Assembly (NCBI GenBank): GCA_944381105.1
Contig: CALWJU010000023.1
Location: 1-63,477 of the forward strand
Direction of reading: 5' to 3'
Length of the DNA stretch: 63,477 bases
Origin: an uncultured Clostridia bacterium
GTDB taxonomy: Bacteria > Bacillota > Clostridia > Christensenellales > UBA1242
Shown here: in pieces, positions 37,401-45,644 of the stretch
Numbering within the stretch: the stretch's first letter is position 1
How the letters are laid out: each line of letters starts with the position of its first letter
Position numbers and translations under genes: made by a program
Notes under the pieces: model-generated
What the model was told of the DNA's origin: nothing
Seen by the model: only the letters and a program-made list of their open reading frames with translations
The model's database searches: none

Positions 37401-38164
37401 TACACCTTGGACTTGTTGCTAAATCTCTTGGCTGGAAAGTTGCTACACCTGCTTTTGATGGTGCAACTCTTGGCGATATCAAAGAACTTCTAAAAGAAAA
37501 TAATTTCAGCGAGGACGGAAAAGTTCAACTTTATGATGGTAGAACAGGAGAGCCATTTGACAACCTTACAACAATAGGTGTTAAATATATGCTTAAACTT
37601 GAACATATGGTTGACTCAAAGATTCATGCTCGTTCAATCGGACCTTATGCTCTTATTACACAACAACCACTTGGTGGTAAATCATTGTTCGGTGGACAAA
37701 GATTTGGTGAAATGGAAGTTTGGGCACTTGAAGCATATGGTGCAAGTCATATCTTACAAGAAATGCTCACTGTTAAGTCAGATGACCTCAATGGTAGACT
37801 CAAAACATATGAATCTATCATTAAAGGACTGCCAATCGCTGAACCAGGAATACCTGAGTCATTCAAAGTGCTTGTCAAAGAACTTCAAGCACTTGGACTT
37901 GATATTAAAATCCTTACTGATGGCAACAAAGAGATATCTCTTAGTGAACTCAGCCAGGATGAACAAGATGCTCCATCTAGCACATTGGCGCAAGATACAG
38001 AGCATGACCTTGTTGAAGGCATTTATGACTTTGATGAACATCAAGAAAAGACAGACGAAGAGCAAGAAGATAAAGATCTTCAAGATGTCTTTGAAGAGAG
38101 CACAAAACATGATACTCTTGACAATCTTGATATATTCGATGACTTCGGCGATTTTGATGACTAG
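34454..38164 (+). CDS. rpoB: DNA-directed RNA polymerase subunit beta
   Basis: 1236 aa with conserved blocks such as GDKMAGRHGNKGVVS and FGGQRFGEMEVWALEAYGA. AAGGAG SD. It has an unusual acidic C-terminal tail of about 70 aa. Confidence 0.95.
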   Translation: MSVKVKKIKQGKSERYFFGSGEELINVPPLLEIQKKSYKDFLEKGIKRVLDEFFPLTDYSGKAKLYITEILPFAKPKYDIKECKRRGATYSSPLKVKARFVVEETGQAVEQEVFMGDVPMMTEQGSFIFNGIERVVINQIVRAPSVYLSREKDNNATLRAQVIPVHGAWIEIEQGASENLKIVLERRNKISLGVFLKCFGFTNDEILKCFGNNRYIKLVLDKETQTTQEEALLEFSRKTRPTDVPSVESTRSFLNVSFFTDAYYNLSNVGRYKFNKKLGLKTRLPGLINAEDIIVDGELLVRAGEEFTAESAAKVQNAGVNEVWVQVNGKKHLMRGNNRVTLSEVFPCNQEELGIYEDVYYPVLMQILSENKSKEKRIEAIKNSAKDLIITTLTMDDILATISCYLDVLEGIAGIDKIEHLSNKRVATVGELTCNDFRKGVTKLATNIKETLQGREFEEVTPSQIMNPKAVNKALRDFFSQSQLSQIMDQKNPLSGITQKRRVSAIGPGGIRKERADPEIRDIHFTHYGRICPVETPEGQSIGLINTLATYVRVNDYGFLETPYRVVDKERGVVTKDIVYKMADVENDSYIAQAIEPLDEEGHFINKRVMCRHGSVNEEVPASRVDYMDVSPRQMISVATSLIPFVNGDEANRALMGANMQRQAVPVLRPEAPIVGTGMEYIAARDSGCVLLAKRAGTVNYVSANEIRVLTEKGDEDIYTLTKFAKANDDICFNQRPCVKKGEHVEEGDILTDGYSTDHGELAVGKNVLIGYMNWEGQNFEDAILINERLVKEDVYTSITLYDQEIKCRTTKLGDEVITRDIPNLGEDALKDLDENGIIRIGAEVHPNDILVGKVTPKGETDLTPEERLLRAIFGDKARDVRDTSLRVQHGKGGVVVDVQVFSKKNKDDLEPGVTMMVRVTVAQKRKISVGDKMAGRHGNKGVVSIVLPEADMPFMANGQPLDIVLSPLGIPSRMNIGQVMEVHLGLVAKSLGWKVATPAFDGATLGDIKELLKENNFSEDGKVQLYDGRTGEPFDNLTTIGVKYMLKLEHMVDSKIHARSIGPYALITQQPLGGKSLFGGQRFGEMEVWALEAYGASHILQEMLTVKSDDLNGRLKTYESIIKGLPIAEPGIPESFKVLVKELQALGLDIKILTDGNKEISLSELSQDEQDAPSSTLAQDTEHDLVEGIYDFDEHQEKTDEEQEDKDLQDVFEESTKHDTLDNLDIFDDFGDFDD

Positions 38165-38422
38165 GAAATATAAATATGTTGTCTAAGATATACAAAGTTG
38201 TACCTTCAAAGGATATTAAGAGCAAAGAAAAGTCAAATGAAATCACATAGGTCGATATTGACAGATTAAACTCTAAAATCAGAGAAGATATAAAACAAAA
38301 TGAGGATGAAAGACTTAAAGGTCTTGACTTCTTGCGAGAGATAAACAAAATGCAAGACTTTGAAGAATTAGAAAGATAATTTACAAGCGATTATGTAAGA
38401 AAAATTATAATAGGGGAATGTT

Positions 38423-41400
38423 ATGTTTGAATTAAACAATTTTGATTCTATTAGAATAGGTATTGCTTCACCTGAGAAGATTAGAGAGTGGTCTCACGGT
38501 GAGGTAACAAAACCTGAAACAATCAATTACAGGACACAAAAACCTGAGCGTGATGGTCTTTTCTGTGAAAAAATCTTCGGACCTAGAAAAGATTGGGAAT
38601 GTCAGTGCGGAAGATATAAGAGAATACGCTATAAGGGAGTAGTTTGTGATAAGTGTGGTGTCGAGGTTACAAGAGCAAAAGTTCGACGTGAACGTATGGG
38701 ACATATCGAACTTGCCTCTCCTTGTACTCACATTTGGTATTTTAGAAATATTCCATCAAAAATAGGCACGCTTCTTGAAATGACTCCAAAACTTTTGGAG
38801 CAAGTAGTGTACTACGTTTGTTATGTAGTATTAGATCCTAAAAAGACAGATTTAACCTATAAACAAGTCATAACAGATAAGGAATATGCAGATGCCTGCG
38901 AAAAATATGGTGCAGACGCTTTTGAAGTTGGCATGGGTGCTGAGGCAATTAAGAGACTTCTAAGCGAAGTTGACCTTGAAAAAGAGTCAAAATCATTAAA
39001 AGAATCACTTAACACTCTCAAAGGACAGAGAAAGATTAAGGCAATGAAGAAACTTGACGTTGTTGAGTCTTTCCTTACAAGTGGCAACAATCCAACTTGG
39101 ATGGTACTCGACGTTATTCCAGTGCTTCCTCCTGACCTTCGTCCTATGGTTCCACTCGATGGTGGAAGATATGCAACAAGTGATTTGAACGACCTTTATA
39201 GAAGAGTTATAAACAGAAACAACCGTCTTAAAAAACTTATAGAACTCGGTGCTCCTGATGTAATCGTTAGAAATGAAAAACGTATGCTTCAAGAGGCAGT
39301 TGATAACTTAATCGATAACGGTAAACGTGGTAAAGCAGTTCAATCTTCAAAACAAAGAGATTTGAAATCTTTGACTGCAATGCTAGGCGGAAAACAAGGT
39401 CGTTTTAGATTAAACTTGCTTGGTAAACGTGTTGACTATTCAGGACGTTCTGTTATTGTCGTAGGACCTGAACTTAAAATGTATCAATGCGGACTGCCTA
39501 AGGAAATGGCACTTGAATTATTTAAGCCATTTATTATGAATAGACTTGTTGACCTTAATAAATCTCATAACATTAAGTCAGCAAAAAGAATGATAGAGAA
39601 GGAGAAACCTGTTGTTTGGGATATCTTGGCGGAGGTTATTAAGGACCATCCTGTATTCTTGAACCGTGCTCCAACACTTCACAGACTTTCAGTTCAAGCA
39701 TTTGAACCTGTTCTTGTAGAAGGTAAGGCAATCAAACTCCATCCTGCATGTTGCGAAGCGTTCAACGCCGACTTCGACGGAGACCAAATGTCCGTTCACG
39801 TTCCACTTTCAATAGATGCTAGGACTGAGGCAAGGACACTTATGCTTGCTTCAAATAACATATTAAAATTGTCGAATGGGGAGCCAATTGTTACACCATC
39901 ACAAGATATAGTACTTGGTTGTGCATACATGACCATGATTAAGCCAGGAGCACTTGGCGAAGGCAGTGTTTACTCTTCAAAGGAAGAGGCGATAATTGCT
40001 TATCAAACACAAAATCTTCACATACAGGCAAAAATCAAGGTAAGACTTACAAAAGATGTTGACGGCAAACATTATTCTAAGGTAGTTGAAACTACTGTTG
40101 GTAGAATTTTGTTCAACGAACAAATTCCACAAGACCTTGGTTTTGTTGATAGAAGCAAAGAAGAGAATATTTGTGAACTTGAATTCAACAGAGATGTAAT
40201 TAAAAAAGACCTTCGTTCTATTCTTGCAAGGGCGTATGATAAATATGGTACAACAGCCTGCGCTAAACTTGTAGATAAGATAAAAGAGACAGGTTATAAG
40301 TACTCAACACTTGGTGCTCTTACAGTCAACGCTTTCGATATTGAAGAGCCAAAAGAAAAAGCTGAAATTTTACATGAGGCAGACCAAAAAGCATTAGATA
40401 ATGAGAAATTATTTAGACGTGGTCTCATCACTTACGATGAAAAGGTAAAAGATAATATCGAACTATGGGAAGAGACCAAAGCAAAGGTAGGTCAGGCTCT
40501 ATTTGATGAGATGGATGATCTTAACCCATTCAAAGTAATGTGTAACTCAGGTGCTCGTGGTTCAAGAGACCAACTTAACGCTCTTTGCGGTATGTCTGGT
40601 ATTAAGACAACCGCATCAGGAGAAAAAATTGACGTTCCAATTAAGTCATCTTTCGTTCATGGACTTACTCCAATTGAATATTTCTTGACTGCTCGTGGTA
40701 TTAGAAAAGGTCTTACAGATACAGCGTTAAAAACAGCCGATTCTGGATATTTGACACGTCGTCTAGTAGACATATCACAAGATGTAGTGATTACGACCGA
40801 AGATTGCTTTGCTGACTTAGGAGAAAAAGTAAAGGGAATTGAGGTTGGAGACCTAGTTGTTGATGGTGTAGTTCAAGAGTCATTGGCAGAACGTATATAT
40901 GGTAGAGTTGCTGTTGACGACATAGTAAATCCAACGACTAAGGAAGTAATTGTACCTGCAAATACTATGATTACAAAAGAGCAATCAGAAGAGGTTGAAA
41001 AGGCAGGTATTAAGAAAGTCAATATTCGTTCACTCTTTTCATGTAGATGTAAGCATGGCGTTTGTGCTAAATGTTATGGAAGAGACCTTTCAAATAAGAA
41101 TATGGTAACACTCGGTGAGGCAGTTGGTATAGTTGCCGCTCAATCAATCGGAGAGCCTGGTACACAACTTACCATGAGAACATTCCACTCAGGTGGTGTT
41201 GCTTCCGCTCTTGATATTACACAGGGGCTTCCTCGTGTTGAAGAGATATTTGAAGCAAGACGTCCAAAAGGTGAAGCGTTATTAAGTGAAGTTGCTGGTA
41301 AAATAAGAATAAGAGATGACGCTAAATATTATTACTTTACTGTTGCCTCTCGTGAAGGCGATATAGAATATGAGGCTAAAAAACCAGTTGTTTTACTTGT

Positions 41401-41980
41401 TAAAAATGGAGACACTGTTGAACCTGGAACACAAATCACAGCAGGAGCAATCAATCCATCTGATCTACTCCGTATGAAAGGTGTTAAAGGACTTCAAGAA
41501 TATCTTCTAAATCAAGTAATTTCAACTTATAGAGGACAAGACGTTAAAGTAAATGATAAACACGTCGAAATAATCATTCGTCAAATGCTTAAAAAGGTTA
41601 AAGTAGAAAATGCAGGAGATACAAACTTACTTCCTGGCGAAATTGTTGATGTTTATAAAGTTGACGAAGAAAATGACAGAATTTTGCAAGAGGGTGGAGT
41701 GCCTGCAACAGTTAAGAGAATACTTTTAGGTATTACAAAGGCTTCACTTTCAACAGAAAGTTTCTTGTCAGCCGCATCATTCCAAGAAACATCAAGGACA
41801 TTGACAGATGCTGCTGTTAAAGGAAAGGTTGATAACTTAATTGGTCTCAAAGAAAACGTTATAATAGGAAAACTAATTCCAGCAGGAACAGGTGTAAAAC
41901 AATATAGGTCAGTTATGCCTGTACTTGTAAAAGATGACACTACCTCAGATGACGAAGTAGTTGATAAAATTGCCGAATAG
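38423..41980 (+). CDS. rpoC: DNA-directed RNA polymerase subunit beta'
   Basis: 1185 aa with a Zn-finger [20 protein letters not shown] and the catalytic NADFDGDQM. Confidence 0.95.
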   Translation: MFELNNFDSIRIGIASPEKIREWSHGEVTKPETINYRTQKPERDGLFCEKIFGPRKDWECQCGRYKRIRYKGVVCDKCGVEVTRAKVRRERMGHIELASPCTHIWYFRNIPSKIGTLLEMTPKLLEQVVYYVCYVVLDPKKTDLTYKQVITDKEYADACEKYGADAFEVGMGAEAIKRLLSEVDLEKESKSLKESLNTLKGQRKIKAMKKLDVVESFLTSGNNPTWMVLDVIPVLPPDLRPMVPLDGGRYATSDLNDLYRRVINRNNRLKKLIELGAPDVIVRNEKRMLQEAVDNLIDNGKRGKAVQSSKQRDLKSLTAMLGGKQGRFRLNLLGKRVDYSGRSVIVVGPELKMYQCGLPKEMALELFKPFIMNRLVDLNKSHNIKSAKRMIEKEKPVVWDILAEVIKDHPVFLNRAPTLHRLSVQAFEPVLVEGKAIKLHPACCEAFNADFDGDQMSVHVPLSIDARTEARTLMLASNNILKLSNGEPIVTPSQDIVLGCAYMTMIKPGALGEGSVYSSKEEAIIAYQTQNLHIQAKIKVRLTKDVDGKHYSKVVETTVGRILFNEQIPQDLGFVDRSKEENICELEFNRDVIKKDLRSILARAYDKYGTTACAKLVDKIKETGYKYSTLGALTVNAFDIEEPKEKAEILHEADQKALDNEKLFRRGLITYDEKVKDNIELWEETKAKVGQALFDEMDDLNPFKVMCNSGARGSRDQLNALCGMSGIKTTASGEKIDVPIKSSFVHGLTPIEYFLTARGIRKGLTDTALKTADSGYLTRRLVDISQDVVITTEDCFADLGEKVKGIEVGDLVVDGVVQESLAERIYGRVAVDDIVNPTTKEVIVPANTMITKEQSEEVEKAGIKKVNIRSLFSCRCKHGVCAKCYGRDLSNKNMVTLGEAVGIVAAQSIGEPGTQLTMRTFHSGGVASALDITQGLPRVEEIFEARRPKGEALLSEVAGKIRIRDDAKYYYFTVASREGDIEYEAKKPVVLLVKNGDTVEPGTQITAGAINPSDLLRMKGVKGLQEYLLNQVISTYRGQDVKVNDKHVEIIIRQMLKKVKVENAGDTNLLPGEIVDVYKVDEENDRILQEGGVPATVKRILLGITKASLSTESFLSAASFQETSRTLTDAAVKGKVDNLIGLKENVIIGKLIPAGTGVKQYRSVMPVLVKDDTTSDDEVVDKIAE

Positions 41981-42031
41981 TAAGCGATTTGAATACTAAA
42001 AAACTAAATTCGACAATAGAAAAGAATTTTT

Positions 42032-42101
42032 AAAAGAACCTTATAATTTTTCATCATGAAGATTTTTATTCTTTATATGATAAATATAAGGTTCTTTTTT
42101 T
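42032..42101 (+). terminator. rpoC terminator (long-loop hairpin)
   Basis: AAAGAACCTTATA (42033-42045) / TATAAGGTTCTTT (42085-42097) followed by a T-run. Confidence 0.5.
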
Positions 42102-42465
42102 GTTCTCTATACCAAATATATTTTCTGGGCAAATCAAGTGAAACCTTTACAATTTTATAAAATTATTTAGGGCTTGAACCAGCCAAAAAGGATACAAATA
42201 AACGATTAGGTGTACAATCGTTTTGCAGTTTATCAAAAGAAATTGAATAATTTAAAAATTGGGAATGTTTCTTTGATAGTAAGTCTAGTTCTTTTAGCGG
42301 TGTCAATCATCGCCTCAGTACTAATAATTGTTTTAGTTATCTAGTTACAAAATTTAAAATAATATGTTTAATATTTTTAGGAATGGACAAGACAAGACGA
42401 TAGAACAATTTTTAGAGATAAAGACCTTAGAGCGAGAGGTAATAGAAGGAAGAGAATCTGAATAA

Positions 42466-42504
42466 GAAAAAACAGTTTAGACGCAATGTTTAAACTGTTT
42501 TTTA
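42466..42504 (+). terminator. intrinsic terminator after two small ORFs
   Basis: AACAGTTTA...TAAACTGTT followed by T5. Confidence 0.5.
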
Positions 42505-42566
42505 TAATGTAAGAATCTTCAAAGAGTACAAAAGTATTAAAGTAATTGTCAACTAGAAAACTTAAC

Positions 42567-42599
42567 AAAATAAGGCAGATTAGTAAACTGCCTTATTTT
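42567..42599. terminator. bidirectional hairpin terminator
   Basis: AAAATAAGGCAG-N9-CTGCCTTATTTT. Confidence 0.55.
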
Positions 42600-42669
42600 A
42601 ATATAATCAGACCGAACAAACCGCCTTTGTATTTTGCTATACCAAAGGTTGTGTTCGACTGATTTCCCT

Positions 42670-42683
42670 GTGGTAGCCTCAAG
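42670..42683 (-). repeat. 14-nt exact duplicate of the tRNA-Glu 3' end (att-like scar)
   Basis: GTGGTAGCCTCAAG at 42670-42683 is identical to 42851-42864, which covers the tRNA 3' acceptor/CCA end plus 1 nt. Confidence 0.8.
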
Positions 42684-42851
42684 TTGAAATAAAAAAAACT
42701 GCAAAGCGCAGTATAAGCCATCCTTATAGGAAAAGTCGCACTAAATTCACGAAAGTGAATTTACGTTTGGTGCGAGAGAGAAAAAACAAGCGCCACCGCC
42801 ATTACGTTTCGTGTTTACACAAAACTAGGCAGAAGCGCAGTTTTTTCTCAG

Positions 42852-42926
42852 TGGTAGCCTCAAGGGGAATCGAACCCCTGATTCAGCCGTGAGAGGGCTG
42901 CGTCTTGACCGCTTGACCATGAGGCC
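42852..42926 (-). tRNA. tRNA-Glu (anticodon CUC), CCA encoded
   Basis: The minus strand reads GGCCTCATGGTCAAGCGGTCAAGACGCAGCCCTCTCACGGCTGAATCAGGGGTTCGATTCCCCTTGAGGCTACCA. The acceptor stem is GGCCTCA/TGAGGCT, the anticodon stem is CAGCC/GGCTG with loop CTCTCAC, and the T-arm is GGGGTTCGATTCCCC. Confidence 0.85.
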
Positions 42927-43147
42927 TTATTATAATTTTTTTGTATCTTGCTTGAATGTCAGTTTAAAATCAACTTATTTATACTAAAAATTTTATCTTA
43001 ACCACTGACATTTTGTATTATACCAAATTTTTTTTAATTTTGCAAGTGTTTTTTGTTTTTTATTTAAAAATATTGTTTTGTTTTTAACATATTTTCGGTT
43101 ATAATTAAATAGTAAAAGGTTATTATCTAAATAATTAAGGAGATAAT

Positions 43148-43975
43148 ATGTTTGGGAAAAAGACAAAGATTGGTATAGCATTTGGTGGAGGGGGAACAAG
43201 AGGATTTTCTCATCTTGGTGCTATAAAGGCTTTTGAAGAATTTGGGTTAAAATTTGATTTTGTTGCTGGCACAAGTGCTGGTAGCCTTGTTGGTGCTTTT
43301 TATTCAGCGGGCTACACATTTAAGCAGATGTATGAAATTGTAAAAAACATTCGAGAGAAAGACATTCGAAGAAATTTAATACCATTTACTCCATCAAAGA
43401 TAGATGGTGTTGGAGAAATTATAACAGACAATCTTGGAAATATTAATATTGAACAATTAAAGATACCTTTTGCCGCTGTTGCTGTTGATATAAAATCTAC
43501 AAGAGAAATATGTCTCGCAAAGGGGAATTTAGCAAAAGCAGTCATGGGTAGTTGTGCAGTTCCTGGCGTTTTTACACCTGTCATATATGAAGATATGATA
43601 CTATGTGATGGTGGTCTCCAAAATACGATACCTGCCGATGTGCCAAGATATTTTGGATGTGATTATGTTATATCAGTCGATGTAAATAAGTCAAGAACGT
43701 ATGGTACAGAGAGCACAAAAGTGCTTGATGTTTTATCTTGCTCAATAAGAATACTAATGAAAAGTAATGCGGTGAGAGGATATGTAAACTCAGATGTAAT
43801 AATAGCACCAGAGACTAAAAGATTTCGTTCGACCAAAACTGATGGCATGGATGACATGATTGAAGAGGGATATAAGGCAACAATAGATGTTATGCCACAA
43901 ATTATGGCAATATTTAATAAAAGGAAGAGACATAAACTCAAAGCATTTTCTAGTGATATCACAATAATAAAATGA
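43148..43975 (+). CDS. patatin-like phospholipase
   Basis: Oxyanion GGGGTRG, nucleophile GTSAGS and catalytic DGG. AAGGAG SD. Confidence 0.8.
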   Translation: MFGKKTKIGIAFGGGGTRGFSHLGAIKAFEEFGLKFDFVAGTSAGSLVGAFYSAGYTFKQMYEIVKNIREKDIRRNLIPFTPSKIDGVGEIITDNLGNINIEQLKIPFAAVAVDIKSTREICLAKGNLAKAVMGSCAVPGVFTPVIYEDMILCDGGLQNTIPADVPRYFGCDYVISVDVNKSRTYGTESTKVLDVLSCSIRILMKSNAVRGYVNSDVIIAPETKRFRSTKTDGMDDMIEEGYKATIDVMPQIMAIFNKRKRHKLKAFSSDITIIK

Positions 43976-45117
43976 TAAAAGACAAAGCGTATTGGAACTT
44001 TAAAAAGAAACAAGCAAAAGAAAGAATAAAAGAGTACAAGAAGGTAATTTTTAGTAGTAACACATTTTTTAGAATAAGTTTAACAATTTTGTTTACTGCT
44101 ATCTTTTTGGTACTCTTTTTTGCATGTGGAGGTACGCTCTATTTTTATGACACCATAGTAGTTGATGAATTTCGAGGTCAAGATTTCCAAATTCATGCAA
44201 TTGATGTAGAACAGGGTGATAGTACACTTATTAAGTTGCCCAATAATCAAACTATGTTAATAGATGCAGGCGAAAGAGATATGGGCGAGCATGTTACTGC
44301 CTATGTGAAAAATTTTTTAGATGGAGAGGGATTAGAAAAATTAGACTATCTTGTATTGACACATCCAGATTCAGACCATATAGGTGGTGCAATAGATGTA
44401 CTTGAAAATATTGAAGTAGACACAGTGTTTAGACCAAAGGTTTATACGCAAGAGGAGGCGGAGAATATGAGTGGTCAGATAAGTGTCTCGACAACAAGCA
44501 CTTACGCTGAACTAATATCGTTAATAGACGAAAAGCAGTGCAACGAGGTTTTTTCTGACAATTCTATATCCTTTTATGCAGGAGGATGTTTGATTGAATT
44601 TCTTTCGCCAGCAGAGGACTATTATTCAGAAAGTAACGAATTTAGTGCAGTAATTATGCTTACATATCAAACCAAAAAGTTTTTATTTATGGGCGACGCT
44701 GATCAGACGATAGAACAGTCGCTAATTGATAGATATGGCGACTATTTAAAAGCGGATGTATTAAAGGTAGGACATCATGGCTCAAACACATCGTCATCAC
44801 AGCAATTTTTAGAGGTGGTTGATGCAGACTATGCTTTACTTTATTCAGATAGTAACAAGGATCTTCCATCCTCAGACGTGCTAAATAGATTGCATAGCAT
44901 GGGTAGTGAAATTCTAAGAACGTCTAATTTAGGCGACTATGCTCTCAGTATTTTAAATGATGAGATAGCCTATGCAACAGCCTCTACGCCAACAATTGAT
45001 ATAGCCCTGCTTATTTCAATTTATACATTACTCGTCATTATAACATGGGGAATTAGAGAGAAGCATGAATACAGAGTCAAGAAGAGACGAGTTCCTGACA
45101 AAACTTTACAAGAATAA
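43972..45117 (+). CDS. membrane-anchored MBL-fold hydrolase (ComEC/Rec2 C-terminal-domain-like)
   Basis: ATGA overlap with the patatin gene. TM helices at both ends. Motifs IDVEQGDSTLI, THPDSDHIGG and VGHHGS. Confidence 0.7.
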   Translation: MIKDKAYWNFKKKQAKERIKEYKKVIFSSNTFFRISLTILFTAIFLVLFFACGGTLYFYDTIVVDEFRGQDFQIHAIDVEQGDSTLIKLPNNQTMLIDAGERDMGEHVTAYVKNFLDGEGLEKLDYLVLTHPDSDHIGGAIDVLENIEVDTVFRPKVYTQEEAENMSGQISVSTTSTYAELISLIDEKQCNEVFSDNSISFYAGGCLIEFLSPAEDYYSESNEFSAVIMLTYQTKKFLFMGDADQTIEQSLIDRYGDYLKADVLKVGHHGSNTSSSQQFLEVVDADYALLYSDSNKDLPSSDVLNRLHSMGSEILRTSNLGDYALSILNDEIAYATASTPTIDIALLISIYTLLVIITWGIREKHEYRVKKRRVPDKTLQE

Positions 45118-45141
45118 ATTTAAATAATGATAGGTATTTGA

Positions 45142-45170
45142 TTGTACAAATTTAAATTTTATGTTATCAT
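45142..45170 (+). promoter_or_regulatory. promoter TTGTAC-17-(TGt)TATCAT ending 6 nt before ATG 45177 (leaderless candidate)
   Basis: Hexamers at 45142-45147 and 45165-45170, with no SD. Confidence 0.45.
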
Positions 45171-45176
45171 ATTTAC

Positions 45177-45644
45177 ATGAAACAAATTAAAAACATTATA
45201 AATTTTGTAATAGTTTCTCTTGATGATAGATTTAGTAAGAATGTTTCTATTGAATTATCGTCAAAAATGGATATGTACAACGCAGATGTAAAAGAATTGA
45301 TTGCCTATCAGTTGATCAATCCAAAAGAGATATTACAAAAATGTGGATATGAATATTTGAAATCACGAGAAAGAGACATTGTGCGAGGTATCATCGAATT
45401 TGAAAATACAGTAATGTCTATAAGTTTTAATTTGTTCAAAGAATATAATGATATTTTCAAAAACTCAATTATAATTTATCTAAAATTGCCAAAAGGGAAA
45501 ACAAGGTCAGTATTAAACGAGATATCCTATGAGGCAAGAGATGAGTACTTGCATAGACTAGCAGATATAGAACTTTATTTTGAAAGAAAATCAAAAATCA
45601 ATGCGACCAAATTGATAATAGAAAAATTAAGGGAGGAGTTATGA
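45177..45644 (+). CDS. shikimate-kinase-like protein lacking the P-loop (hypothetical)
   Basis: 155 aa. The layout ...DMYNADVKELIAYQLINPKEILQKCGYEYLKSRERDIV... parallels AroK (D-D..IE...G.SI.EIF...GE..FR..E). Where GxxGxGKS is expected, the sequence is VSLDDRFSKN. Confidence 0.35.
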   Translation: MKQIKNIINFVIVSLDDRFSKNVSIELSSKMDMYNADVKELIAYQLINPKEILQKCGYEYLKSRERDIVRGIIEFENTVMSISFNLFKEYNDIFKNSIIIYLKLPKGKTRSVLNEISYEARDEYLHRLADIELYFERKSKINATKLIIEKLREEL

